A model generated the notes under the pieces. It made no database searches and was not told the origin of the DNA. It was given only the letters and a program-made list of their open reading frames with translations. Below are positions 1-7,317 of a stretch of DNA of 10,615 nucleotides, in pieces. Origin of the DNA: a virus (taxonomy: Duplodnaviria > Heunggongvirae > Uroviricota > Caudoviricetes); IMG/VR virus record IMGVR_UViG_3300028991_000014, positions 1-10,615 of that record; one strand, 5' to 3'. Position 1 is the first letter of the stretch; the number at the start of each line of letters is the position of its first letter. The position numbers and the translations under genes were made by a program.

Positions 1-135
1 TTCCTGGAAACGGGCGCGCTAATCGAAAAGGATCGGCATGGATTTGTCAGATGTGCGCTATCCGGTGAAATGCTGGCAGTAAATCCTGAACAGATAGATG
101 CATTGATAGAATTTCTGAAAGGGATCAGGGACTGA
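1..135 (+). CDS. hypothetical protein, C-terminal fragment (gene enters the window from the left)
   Basis: Frame 1 is open from base 1 to TGA at 133-135 (...EFLKGIRD*), followed directly by a hairpin/T-run terminator. The 44 aa give no recognisable family. Confidence 0.4.
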   Translation, partial: FLETGALIEKDRHGFVRCALSGEMLAVNPEQIDALIEFLKGIRD

Positions 136-145
136 GCACCCATAC

Positions 146-179
146 AGCCGGAGCAATCCGGCTTTTTGTAATTTTTTGT
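146..179 (+). terminator. intrinsic terminator downstream of the partial upstream ORF
   Basis: Stem AGCCGGA (146-152) / TCCGGCT (157-163) with GCAA loop, followed by TTTTGTAATTTTTTGT (164-179). Confidence 0.55.
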
Positions 180-291
180 AAATTATTTGTTCGTGGTCGT
201 TCCACGTTGTTCATTGACCGGATCGGCATATTTTACCCGCCCTGAATCATGATTATTCTCGCCAGTGGTGCCAGGACGCTGGGGCCACTTT

Positions 292-333
292 CCCGCCTGT
301 TAATGTGCTCACCAATATTCATTACCAGGCGGG
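292..333. promoter_or_regulatory. 14-bp inverted repeat with 14-bp spacer upstream of the capsid gene (operator or RNA-structure candidate)
   Basis: CCCGCCTGTTAATG (292-305) and CATTACCAGGCGGG (320-333) are reverse complements with one mismatch. No T-run follows on either strand, so it is not a simple terminator. Confidence 0.3.
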
Positions 334-389
334 AAAACGATCGGTGCGATTGCTGATTTCCTTATGAAAAACGGTTGAGTTTTTGCCGC

Positions 390-427
390 GTCCTGGAGTT
401 CCTTACTTAACCCCAGGACTTTTTTTT
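390..427 (+). terminator. terminator-like hairpin plus T8 abutting the capsid start codon (possible regulated terminator or attenuator)
   Basis: Stem GTCCTGG (390-396) / CCAGGAC (413-419) with an inner GTT/AAC extension, followed by TTTTTTTT (420-427) and then ATG at 428. Confidence 0.3.
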
Positions 428-1585
428 ATGCCGAGAATAATCGAATTACGCCAGCAGAAAACCGCCATTAAAAATCAGATGCGCGACATGCTGGAGAACG
501 CGGAAAAAGAAAACCGCAGCCTTAACGATGCAGAGGGCGCAAAATTTGACGAATTACGCGCTAAAGCTGAATCCCTCGATAAAGACATTTCCCGCCTTGA
601 AGCCATTGCAGACGAAGAGCGCAGCAAGCCAGGTAAAAGCAGCCAGACCACTGACCCGGCAGAACTCCGCAACTACATCCTGACAGGTGAAACCCGCGCA
701 TTAAGTACAGGTGTCCCCGCTGATGGTGGTTATACCGTTATCCCTGAACTGAACACCGAAATCATGCGAATGCTGGCGGATGAGTCCACCATGCGCCGCA
801 TCTGTACCGTGAAAAAAATCAGCAGCAACGAGTTTAAGCAGCTTGTTTCCGCTGGCGGTGCGGTCGTTAACCACGGTGAAGAGGGTAAGGCACGCGAACA
901 GACCAGCACCCCGCAGATTAACGAGGTGAGCATTAAGCTGTATCCGGTCTATGCGTACCCGCGCACCACACAGGAAATCGTGGATTTTTCCGATGTGGAC
1001 ATCCTTTCATGGCTGACGGGCGAGATTGGCGACACCTTCACGGAAACCGAAGAAAGTGATCTGGTTGTGGGCGACGGTGACAAAAAAGCAAAAGGTTTTT
1101 TATCCGTACCCCGTGCAGAGAAGAACGACAAAGAACGTGATTTCGGAACGTTGCAGGTTATCAAGCCCGTTGATGATCTTGCCTGGACATCTGCGGACCC
1201 GCTGATCGATCTGAAATTTGCATTACGTAAAAAATACCGCAAGAACGCGGTATGGGTGGTTAACTCCACGACGGCGGCAAAACTCCAGAAGGTGAAGAAT
1301 GCGAACGGGGATTATATATGGCGTGACCGTTTACAGGCGGGTGATCCTGACACATTGCTGGGCCTTCCGGTCGAATATCTGGAGTTTATGCCGGATAACG
1401 TTATTGCCCTGGGCGACTTTAAACGCGGTTACTACATCGTTGATCACGAAACAGGTGTTCGCACCAGACCGGACAACCTGACAGAACCAGGATTCATCAA
1501 AATTTTCACGCAAAAATATTTAGGCGGTGGCGTGGTGGATTCGAACGCGATCAAGATTCTGGAACTGCCACAGGACGACGATTAA
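428..1585 (+). CDS. phage major capsid protein, HK97 family
   Basis: 385-aa product with a charged, coiled-coil-like N-terminal segment (delta-domain-like) followed by a capsid-type body; sits at the head of a protease/portal gene set. The ORF track begins at TTG 383; ATG 428 is chosen as start, but there is no clear SD so the start is uncertain. Confidence 0.8.
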   Translation: MPRIIELRQQKTAIKNQMRDMLENAEKENRSLNDAEGAKFDELRAKAESLDKDISRLEAIADEERSKPGKSSQTTDPAELRNYILTGETRALSTGVPADGGYTVIPELNTEIMRMLADESTMRRICTVKKISSNEFKQLVSAGGAVVNHGEEGKAREQTSTPQINEVSIKLYPVYAYPRTTQEIVDFSDVDILSWLTGEIGDTFTETEESDLVVGDGDKKAKGFLSVPRAEKNDKERDFGTLQVIKPVDDLAWTSADPLIDLKFALRKKYRKNAVWVVNSTTAAKLQKVKNANGDYIWRDRLQAGDPDTLLGLPVEYLEFMPDNVIALGDFKRGYYIVDHETGVRTRPDNLTEPGFIKIFTQKYLGGGVVDSNAIKILELPQDDD

Positions 1586-1595
1586 CAGCATACAG

Positions 1596-1620
1596 AAGGG
1601 GCTAAAAAGCCCCTTTAGTG
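1596..1620 (+). terminator. hairpin between capsid and protease genes (possible partial terminator or attenuator)
   Basis: Stem AAGGGGC (1596-1602) / GCCCCTT (1609-1615) with TAAAAA loop, followed by an interrupted T-run (TAGTGTTTTATG). Confidence 0.3.
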
Positions 1621-1640
1621 TTTTATGGGTGAAAAAAATT

Positions 1641-2198
1641 ATGAAGAGTATGGAAATCCGGTCATCGGAAATCACCACCAGCGCCAGCAACACGCTTACA
1701 GGCTACGTTGTTCGCTGGGATAACCTTTCGGAACTGTTATGGGGGGAGTTTTACGAAAAATTCCAGCGGGGGGCGTTTACTGAGTGGCTTGCGGCGGGTA
1801 ATGACGTTCGCGGCCTGTATGAGCATGACCACAGCATGTTACTGGGGCGCACCCGTTCTGGCACGCTGAAACTGGAAGAGGACGACACAGGGTTACGCTT
1901 TGAACTTACCCCACCGGATACCAGCACAGGGCGTGACGTTATCGAACTGGTTAAACGTGGTGATATATCCGGCATGAGCTTTGGCTTTCGTTCCCGTAAG
2001 GATGTATGGGATACCACAACAGATCCATGCGTGCGCACCGTGCTGGTGGCGGAACTGTACGAAATTACCGTTACATCCGTACCGGCTTACCCCGATTCCG
2101 GCGTGGAGCTGGCCCGCCGTTCCCTGTATGAGCAGCACCCCGAAAAAATGCCGCGTGCGGATAATCGCCGCTGGTGGGCGGATTTAGCGGGGGTGTGA
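1641..2198 (+). CDS. phage prohead (head maturation) protease, HK97 family
   Basis: Translation from ATG 1641 (MKSMEIRSSEITT...) has the HK97 prohead protease layout (LYEHDHS..., KRGDISGMSFGF, VPAYPDS). The 5' part of track ORF 1527 overlaps the capsid gene and is rejected. A GGTGA lies 9 nt upstream. Confidence 0.85.
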   Translation: MKSMEIRSSEITTSASNTLTGYVVRWDNLSELLWGEFYEKFQRGAFTEWLAAGNDVRGLYEHDHSMLLGRTRSGTLKLEEDDTGLRFELTPPDTSTGRDVIELVKRGDISGMSFGFRSRKDVWDTTTDPCVRTVLVAELYEITVTSVPAYPDSGVELARRSLYEQHPEKMPRADNRRWWADLAGV

Positions 2199-2199
2199 T

Positions 2200-3411
2200 A
2201 TGTGGCCTTTCAGAAGAAAAAAAGAGCAGCGCAGCATGACGCTTGATGAATTTATGGCGCTGGCTGGCACATCGAACACGGGGGCGGGTGAGTACGTATC
2301 ATCGGGGACAGCGGAATCACTCCCCGCCGTCATGAACGCCGTCACGGTCATATCTGAGGCGGTGGCTACTATGCCATGCTACCTGTACCTGGTACGCAAT
2401 GAGAAGGGGAAGGAGGCCCGCGAGTGGCTTGATTCTCATCCGGTCGATCATATCCTCAACGAGCGCCCGAACGCATGGCAAACCCCCTACCAGTTTAAGC
2501 GAATGATGATCCGCCACTGCCTGTTAAACGGTAATGCTTACGCGGTGATTCAGTGGGGGCGTGATGGTTTTCCGGCGGCTTTACATCCTTACCCGCCGCA
2601 GTCGGTGAACGTGGAGCAGACAGGAGAACACAACTGGCGCTATTGCATCACTGACGCCTACACCGGAAACACCCGCAACTATTTACCGTGGGAAGTACTT
2701 CACCTTCGTTACTCCACGGATGACGGCTTTATGGGGCGCTCACCTGTAACCATCTGCCGCGAATCGCTGGGGCTTGGGCTGGCCCAACAACGCCACGGCG
2801 CGAGCGTGATGCGTGATGGCATGATGGCAGCAGGGGTTATCACGTCAGGCGAATGGCTGGACGGCGTGAAGGGCAAACAGGCATTAGCCGCACTGGAACG
2901 CTATAAAGGGGCCAAAAACGCCGGAAAAACGCCCATCCTTGAAGGGGGCATGAGTTACCAGCAGCTGGGCATGAGTAACCAGGACGCCGAATGGCTGGCC
3001 TCCCGTCGCTTCACCATTGAAGACATCGCCCGAATGTTCAACGTCTCGCCGATTTTTCTGCAGGAATACAGCAACAGCACCTACAGCAATTTCAGCGAGG
3101 CAAGCCGCGCATTTCTCACCATGACGATGCGCCCGTGGCTGGCGAACTTTGAGCAGCAGATAAAAAACGCCTTGCTGGTGGTCTCGCCTGTACCTGGTAT
3201 CCGGTATCAGGTGGAGTTTGACAGCGCGGACCTGTTACGGGCCACACCTGGCGAACGCTTTGCCACCTATGAGCGAGGCATCAAATCCGGTGTTATGTGC
3301 CCGAACGAAGCCCGCGAACGAGAAGGGTTGTCTCCGCGTGATGGTGGTGATGAGTTCAGCCAGGCATGGAAACAGGAAGTAAAAATCAGCGAGGGAGAAA
3401 AACCGGAATGA
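2200..3411 (+). CDS. phage portal protein, HK97 family
   Basis: 403-aa product with portal hallmarks (ESLPAVMNAVTVISEAVATMP, LLNGNAYAVIQ, GGMSYQQLGMSNQDAEWL, IEDIARMFNVSP). GGGGG SD at 2189-2193; start is 1 nt after the protease stop. Confidence 0.9.
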   Translation: MWPFRRKKEQRSMTLDEFMALAGTSNTGAGEYVSSGTAESLPAVMNAVTVISEAVATMPCYLYLVRNEKGKEAREWLDSHPVDHILNERPNAWQTPYQFKRMMIRHCLLNGNAYAVIQWGRDGFPAALHPYPPQSVNVEQTGEHNWRYCITDAYTGNTRNYLPWEVLHLRYSTDDGFMGRSPVTICRESLGLGLAQQRHGASVMRDGMMAAGVITSGEWLDGVKGKQALAALERYKGAKNAGKTPILEGGMSYQQLGMSNQDAEWLASRRFTIEDIARMFNVSPIFLQEYSNSTYSNFSEASRAFLTMTMRPWLANFEQQIKNALLVVSPVPGIRYQVEFDSADLLRATPGERFATYERGIKSGVMCPNEAREREGLSPRDGGDEFSQAWKQEVKISEGEKPE

Positions 3412-3746
3412 ACATAGGGCGACTGCGTGACAGGGTAACGATTCAGACCCTGAAACAGACCAGAGCCATGACGGGCGAAATACTCGAAACGTGGGAGGAC
3501 GGTCACACACTCTGGGCAAGCGTGAACATGGTCAGCAGCAAGGAGGCCATTTCATCGGGTGCAGAGCTGGCGATTGGTACCGTAAGGATCTGGATACGGT
3601 ACCGGAAGGACATTAACGCCACCAGCCGGATAAAGGTCAATACGGGGCCGCTGGCGGGGCGTGTACTGAATATCATCGGGCAGCCGCTGCCGGATGCCGC
3701 CAGGACACGCCTTGAAATTCTTTGTCGTGAGGGCGCGGAAAAATGA
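3408..3746 (+). CDS. phage head-tail adaptor / head closure protein
   Basis: 112-aa product from ATG 3408 with motifs RVTIQ, TLWASV, RIWIRYRKDI, RLEILCRE typical of this family. Start overlaps the portal stop (ATGA); GAGGGAG SD at 3391-3397. Confidence 0.8.
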   Translation: MNIGRLRDRVTIQTLKQTRAMTGEILETWEDGHTLWASVNMVSSKEAISSGAELAIGTVRIWIRYRKDINATSRIKVNTGPLAGRVLNIIGQPLPDAARTRLEILCREGAEK

Positions 3747-4039
3747 CAGAAGAACTTATCACCCTGGAAGAAGTGAAACTCCATTGCCGCATCGATGGCG
3801 ACGAGGAAGACCAGTTAATCAGCGGATACATTGCCGCATCGCTTGAGGCGTGCCAGATACACATAGGCAGGCGCTTTGATGACGGGCTGGAGTTCACGCC
3901 AGCCATAAAGATTGGCTGCATGATGTTTATCGCTCACCTGTATGAGAATCGCCAGATTGTCGCGGATAACGCAAAAACACACGTACCCATGACGATTGGC
4001 GCACTCTGGACGGCTTACCGTGATGTGGGGGTGTACTGA
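3743..4039 (+). CDS. phage gp6-like head-tail connector protein
   Basis: 98-aa product MTEELITLEEVKLHCRIDGDEEDQLISGYIAAS... matches the gp6-like connector pattern. ATGA overlap with the adaptor stop. Confidence 0.8.
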   Translation: MTEELITLEEVKLHCRIDGDEEDQLISGYIAASLEACQIHIGRRFDDGLEFTPAIKIGCMMFIAHLYENRQIVADNAKTHVPMTIGALWTAYRDVGVY

Positions 4040-4479
4040 TGCCGTGGCAACCATTAAGACGATGTACAGAACCAGGCTGCAACAGGCGCGTGAAGTCCGG
4101 CAAGTGTGAGGAGCACAGACGCAGCGCACGCCAGCAGCAGGACAGCCGGAGAGGCAGCAGCAGGGAGCGAGGGTATACGAGGCAGTGGGAGAAATACCGC
4201 GCCATGTATCTGAGTAAAAACCCGTTATGTGCGCATTGCCTGGAAAAAGGAATATACAAGCCCGCCGTGGTGGTGGATCACATTATCCCAATCGATGGCG
4301 GTAATGATGTTCTCTTCTGGCCTGAGTGGAATCATCAGCCATTGTGCCAGGCGTGTCATAACCAGAAAACGAAATGGCTTGATCCGTCCACAAAAAACAA
4401 GCGTGCTGCGGGTGGATTCCGTGAGGAGGAAGAACGGGCCGCTAACCGCAATAACTGGATGTATGGCGCTGATGAATGA
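4039..4479 (+). CDS. HNH endonuclease (terminase-associated, cos-cleavage accessory type)
   Basis: HNH motif CAHC...VVDHIIPIDGGNDV...NHQPLCQACHNQKT; ATGA overlap with the connector stop; position immediately upstream of terS/terL is typical of HNH-dependent cos packaging. Confidence 0.85.
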   Translation: MPWQPLRRCTEPGCNRRVKSGKCEEHRRSARQQQDSRRGSSRERGYTRQWEKYRAMYLSKNPLCAHCLEKGIYKPAVVVDHIIPIDGGNDVLFWPEWNHQPLCQACHNQKTKWLDPSTKNKRAAGGFREEEERAANRNNWMYGADE

Positions 4480-4645
4480 GCGGGAACAAAACCGCCTTAT
4501 CCGTGGACTTATAAGGCAGCGTGACGCATGGAAGGCACAGGAAACAGGGCATAAAGATAAAGCATCAGGACGCGCAGAACGCATCACAGCGACGCGATTA
4601 AACGACCGTGACCGCGAGGTTATGGAATGTTTCCGCAATCGCTGA
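4472..4645 (+). CDS. hypothetical small basic protein (57 aa)
   Basis: ATG 4472 overlaps the HNH stop by 8 nt; translation MNEREQNRLIRGLIRQRDAWKAQ... is Arg/Lys-rich. It is the non-overlapping distal part of track ORF 4229-4645. No family recognised. Confidence 0.35.
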   Translation: MNEREQNRLIRGLIRQRDAWKAQETGHKDKASGRAERITATRLNDRDREVMECFRNR

Positions 4646-4768
4646 TGAGGCAGCCGGACGGGGTGGGGGGAGTTTTCAGGACGAACCCGACCCCGCCCAG
4701 AACCGACCGCCTCCCCAAATTTTTATGCACGGTAATTTTTTGAAAAATAATCTGGCGAAAAAATAAGC
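4646..4768. other. candidate cos (cohesive-end / terminase recognition) region
   Basis: Non-coding gap between the HNH region and terS with a G-run GGACGGGGTGGGGGGAG (4656-4672) followed by C-runs CCCGACCCCGCCC (4686-4698) and CGCCTCCCC (4708-4716). Position matches where HNH-dependent cos phages carry cos. Confidence 0.4.
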
Positions 4769-5125
4769 ATGGCAAGACCACCGAAAGCCCCCGCCTACCT
4801 GGATGATATCGCCGTGAAGCAGTGGCGGGAAAAATCGCGGCAGCTTGCGGAACGGGGAGACCTGACCCCTGCCGACTGGAGTAATCTGGAACTGTATTGC
4901 GTCAATTACTCGATATACCGGAAAGCCGTCGCAGACCTTGCGGCGCGCGGGTTCAGCATTGTTAACAGTCAGGGCGGAGAGAGCAGAAACCCCGCATTAA
5001 GCGCGAAATCCGACGCGGAAAGAGTGATGATAAAAATGGCCTCTTTGCTCGGTTTTGACCCGATAAGCCGCCGTAAAAATCCACCGGAAACAGAAGAAGA
5101 GGACGAGCTTGACCGCCTGGAATAA
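4769..5125 (+). CDS. phage terminase small subunit, P27 family
   Basis: 118-aa product MARPPKAPAYLDD...LELYCVNYSIYRKAV...GGESRNPAL...LLGFDPISRRK fits the P27-family TerS pattern; immediately upstream of and overlapping the large terminase gene. Confidence 0.85.
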   Translation: MARPPKAPAYLDDIAVKQWREKSRQLAERGDLTPADWSNLELYCVNYSIYRKAVADLAARGFSIVNSQGGESRNPALSAKSDAERVMIKMASLLGFDPISRRKNPPETEEEDELDRLE

Positions 5126-6770
5126 GTACGCAGAAGACGTAAAAACGGGCAAGATTCCGGCCTGTAAACGGCTGAAACAGGCCGTTAAACGATACTTTTC
5201 GGACCTTGAAAACCCCCTTTACATGTTCGATCGTGAGGTTGTTGAGCGGTTTATTGCCTTTTCCAGGGTGTGCCCGCACGTAAAAGGGCCGATGCGTGGA
5301 AGACCCATTGAGCTGGAACCGTGGCAGCAGTTTGCCTTTGCGTGCATCCTCGGCTTTAAGGTTAAGGCCACCGGAAGGCGCAAATACACGAGCGCCTTTA
5401 TCGAAGTGCCGCGCAAAAATGCGAAATCCACGACAGCCGCGATTCTGGCTAACTGGTTTCTGATTATGGAGAACGGGCAGCAGGATATTTACACCGCAGC
5501 GGTGAGCCGCGACCAGGCGCGGATCGTTTTTGATGATGCGCGTCAGATGTGCCTTTTATCCCGACCGTTACGCAAGAGAGTGAATATTCAGGCCCACAAG
5601 GTGATGCACCCGAAAAGCAACAGCCTGTTAAAGCCGCTGGCAGCAAAAGCGGCAACCATCGAGGGCACAAACCCAAGCCTTTCCATCGTGGACGAATACC
5701 ACCTACACCCCGATAACGGCGTTTATTCCGCGCTTGAGCTGGGGATGGGCGCACGTCCCGAAGGGCTGTTATTTGCCATTACCACATCGGGCAGTAACGT
5801 CGTTTCAGCCTGTAAACAGCACTATGATTATTGCTGCCAGATCCTGGACGGCGAAGAGGTCAACGATTCAATTTTTGTGCTGATTTACGAGCTGGACGAC
5901 GAAAACGAGGTTGATGATCCGGCGATGTGGATAAAGGCTAACCCTAACATCGATGTTTCCGTGGATCGTGAAAAACTGGCCTCAACCATCCAGAAAGCGC
6001 GGGGTATTCCGTCGCAATGGGTGGAGATGATGACAAAGCGATTTAATATCTGGTGCCAGGGGGCTACCCCGTGGATGGGTAACGGCGCATGGGCTGAGTG
6101 TGCCGGAACGTTCACGGAGGAAGATTTACACGGGCAGGAGTGTTACGCGGGGCTGGACTTATCATCAACCAGCGATATTTCCAGCGTGTGCTATGCCTTT
6201 CCGGTTGGTAAAACCATTATGCTGATTTCCCGTCATTATCTGCCGGAGTTCCAGCTACAGAACCCCGCCAATAAAAACCGCGCTGTCTATCGCCAGTGGG
6301 CTAAAGCGGGCTGGATACGCACAACGCCAGGTGACTGCATTGATTACGACCGGATCAGAGATGACATCATGCAGGATGCGGAGAAATTTAATATCAGGCT
6401 GGTGGGCTTTGATACGTGGAACGCCACGCACCTGAGAACGCAATTACAGGGGGCTGGTTTTGAGGTGGAGCCGTTCCCGCAAACCTACCTCAGATTCAGT
6501 CCGGCGGCGAAATCGTTCGAAGTTTTTGTTAACCGCAGGGTGATTGTGCATCGTGGCGATCCGGTGTTGTCCTGGTCGATGAGTAACGTCGTGATGCAGA
6601 GTGACGCGAACGCCAATATCAAGCCGAACAAGAAAAAATCACCGAACAAGATAGACCCGAGCGTAGCGGCGCTGATGGCGTTTGGTACATTCCAGGCAGA
6701 GCATGAGGATTTTGCTTTTGATATAAGCGACAGCCACCGCCAGAAACTGGAAGAATTTAGCGGGGTGTAA
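5109..6770 (+). CDS. phage terminase large subunit
   Basis: 553-aa product with an ATPase Walker A-like segment (EVPRKNAKSTTAA), DEYH Walker B-like motif and a C-terminal nuclease-type domain. Apparent TTG start at 5109 with AGAGGA SD 5 nt upstream; overlaps the terS 3' end. The first in-frame ATG would remove the conserved N-terminus. Confidence 0.9.
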   Translation: MTAWNKYAEDVKTGKIPACKRLKQAVKRYFSDLENPLYMFDREVVERFIAFSRVCPHVKGPMRGRPIELEPWQQFAFACILGFKVKATGRRKYTSAFIEVPRKNAKSTTAAILANWFLIMENGQQDIYTAAVSRDQARIVFDDARQMCLLSRPLRKRVNIQAHKVMHPKSNSLLKPLAAKAATIEGTNPSLSIVDEYHLHPDNGVYSALELGMGARPEGLLFAITTSGSNVVSACKQHYDYCCQILDGEEVNDSIFVLIYELDDENEVDDPAMWIKANPNIDVSVDREKLASTIQKARGIPSQWVEMMTKRFNIWCQGATPWMGNGAWAECAGTFTEEDLHGQECYAGLDLSSTSDISSVCYAFPVGKTIMLISRHYLPEFQLQNPANKNRAVYRQWAKAGWIRTTPGDCIDYDRIRDDIMQDAEKFNIRLVGFDTWNATHLRTQLQGAGFEVEPFPQTYLRFSPAAKSFEVFVNRRVIVHRGDPVLSWSMSNVVMQSDANANIKPNKKKSPNKIDPSVAALMAFGTFQAEHEDFAFDISDSHRQKLEEFSGV

Positions 6771-6783
6771 TGAGGTCAGCAGC

Positions 6784-7065
6784 ATGACAGAAGCCGAAAT
6801 ACTGCGATTAATCCGCCGCGTCTCTGGAATCAGCCAGCAGCATGACGAACAGGCCACGCAGCCGGACAGCGTGACCGCCGAAAATTATGCGCGTGTTGTT
6901 GCTGAGGTGATGCGCCGTGATGGTATCCAGCTTAATGATGTGGATATGCGCAACATACGGATCCGCGTTCTTGAAATGCTGGCCTACCGTCGCCGCGTGC
7001 AGACGTACAGGGAAAAAGCAAAAATTACGTACCACTGGAAGAAGCCGGAGCGGTTACGGCGGTAA
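6784..7065 (+). CDS. hypothetical protein (93 aa), last gene of the element
   Basis: ORF with GAGG SD about 8 nt upstream of ATG 6784; basic C-terminus (KKPERLRR); no recognisable family. Its stop abuts the first copy of a 28-bp direct repeat. Confidence 0.45.
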   Translation: MTEAEILRLIRRVSGISQQHDEQATQPDSVTAENYARVVAEVMRRDGIQLNDVDMRNIRIRVLEMLAYRRRVQTYREKAKITYHWKKPERLRR

Positions 7066-7070
7066 CTGGT

Positions 7071-7098
7071 TGAACTTAAAGCAAAGCGCAAAATTGCG
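7071..7098. repeat. 28-bp direct repeat, copy 1 (TGAACTTAAAGCAAAGCGCAAAATTGCG)
   Basis: Identical 28-mer recurs at 7290-7317; flanking bases are also partly similar (CGGTTAC...CTGGTTG). Confidence 0.8.
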
Positions 7099-7111
7099 TT
7101 GGCTGGTGGGT

Positions 7112-7131
7112 GAGTTGCAGATCTGCAACTC
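7112..7131. repeat. perfect 20-bp palindrome GAGTTGCAGATCTGCAACTC
   Basis: Exact self-complementarity read directly from the sequence. It lies between the two direct-repeat copies, together with further hairpins at 7203-7225 (8-bp stem CGATACCC/GGGTATCG) and 7263-7276 (GGCGGAATTCCGCC). Confidence 0.8.
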
Positions 7132-7289
7132 GACCATGAAATTACGGAAAATACCCGTAGTTTGGGTAGTAAGAGTAACACCCAGATTTTGGGGCTTACT
7201 CGCGATACCCAAATAAAGGGTATCGGTGGAAGAAATATCGTTTCTCATATGTGAGTACCGAGGGCGGAATTCCGCCTTCGGTTACTCGC

Positions 7290-7317
7290 TGAACTTAAAG
7301 CAAAGCGCAAAATTGCG
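7290..7317. repeat. 28-bp direct repeat, copy 2
   Basis: Identical to 7071-7098. Confidence 0.8.

Noticed and set aside
383-427. 5' extension of the capsid ORF from TTG 383 (MPRPGVPYLTPGLFF...) as given in the ORF track
   Set aside because: The extension encodes the hairpin/T8 structure and has no SD; ATG 428 begins the typical charged N-terminal segment. Kept as an alternative in the findings because the ATG also lacks an SD.
1527-1640. 5' extension of the protease ORF overlapping the capsid 3' end
   Set aside because: It overlaps the capsid gene in another frame and contains the inter-genic hairpin. The conserved protease sequence begins after ATG 1641.
3366-3407. 5' extension of the head-tail adaptor ORF (METGSKNQRGRKTG...)
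   Set aside because: It overlaps the portal 3' end; ATG 3408 gives a canonical ATGA coupling and is preceded by GAGGGAG.
4229-4471. Proximal part of the 138-aa track ORF overlapping the HNH gene in another frame
   Set aside because: It lies entirely within the well-supported HNH coding sequence; only the distal non-overlapping part from ATG 4472 is considered a possible gene.
475-6857. Numerous 60-110-aa antisense or alternative-frame ORFs inside the capsid, protease, portal, terminase and ydgD genes (for example 949-1269 -, 5464-5754 -, 9401-9730 +)
   Set aside because: They are fully embedded in strongly supported genes on the opposite strand or in another frame, with no independent start signals.
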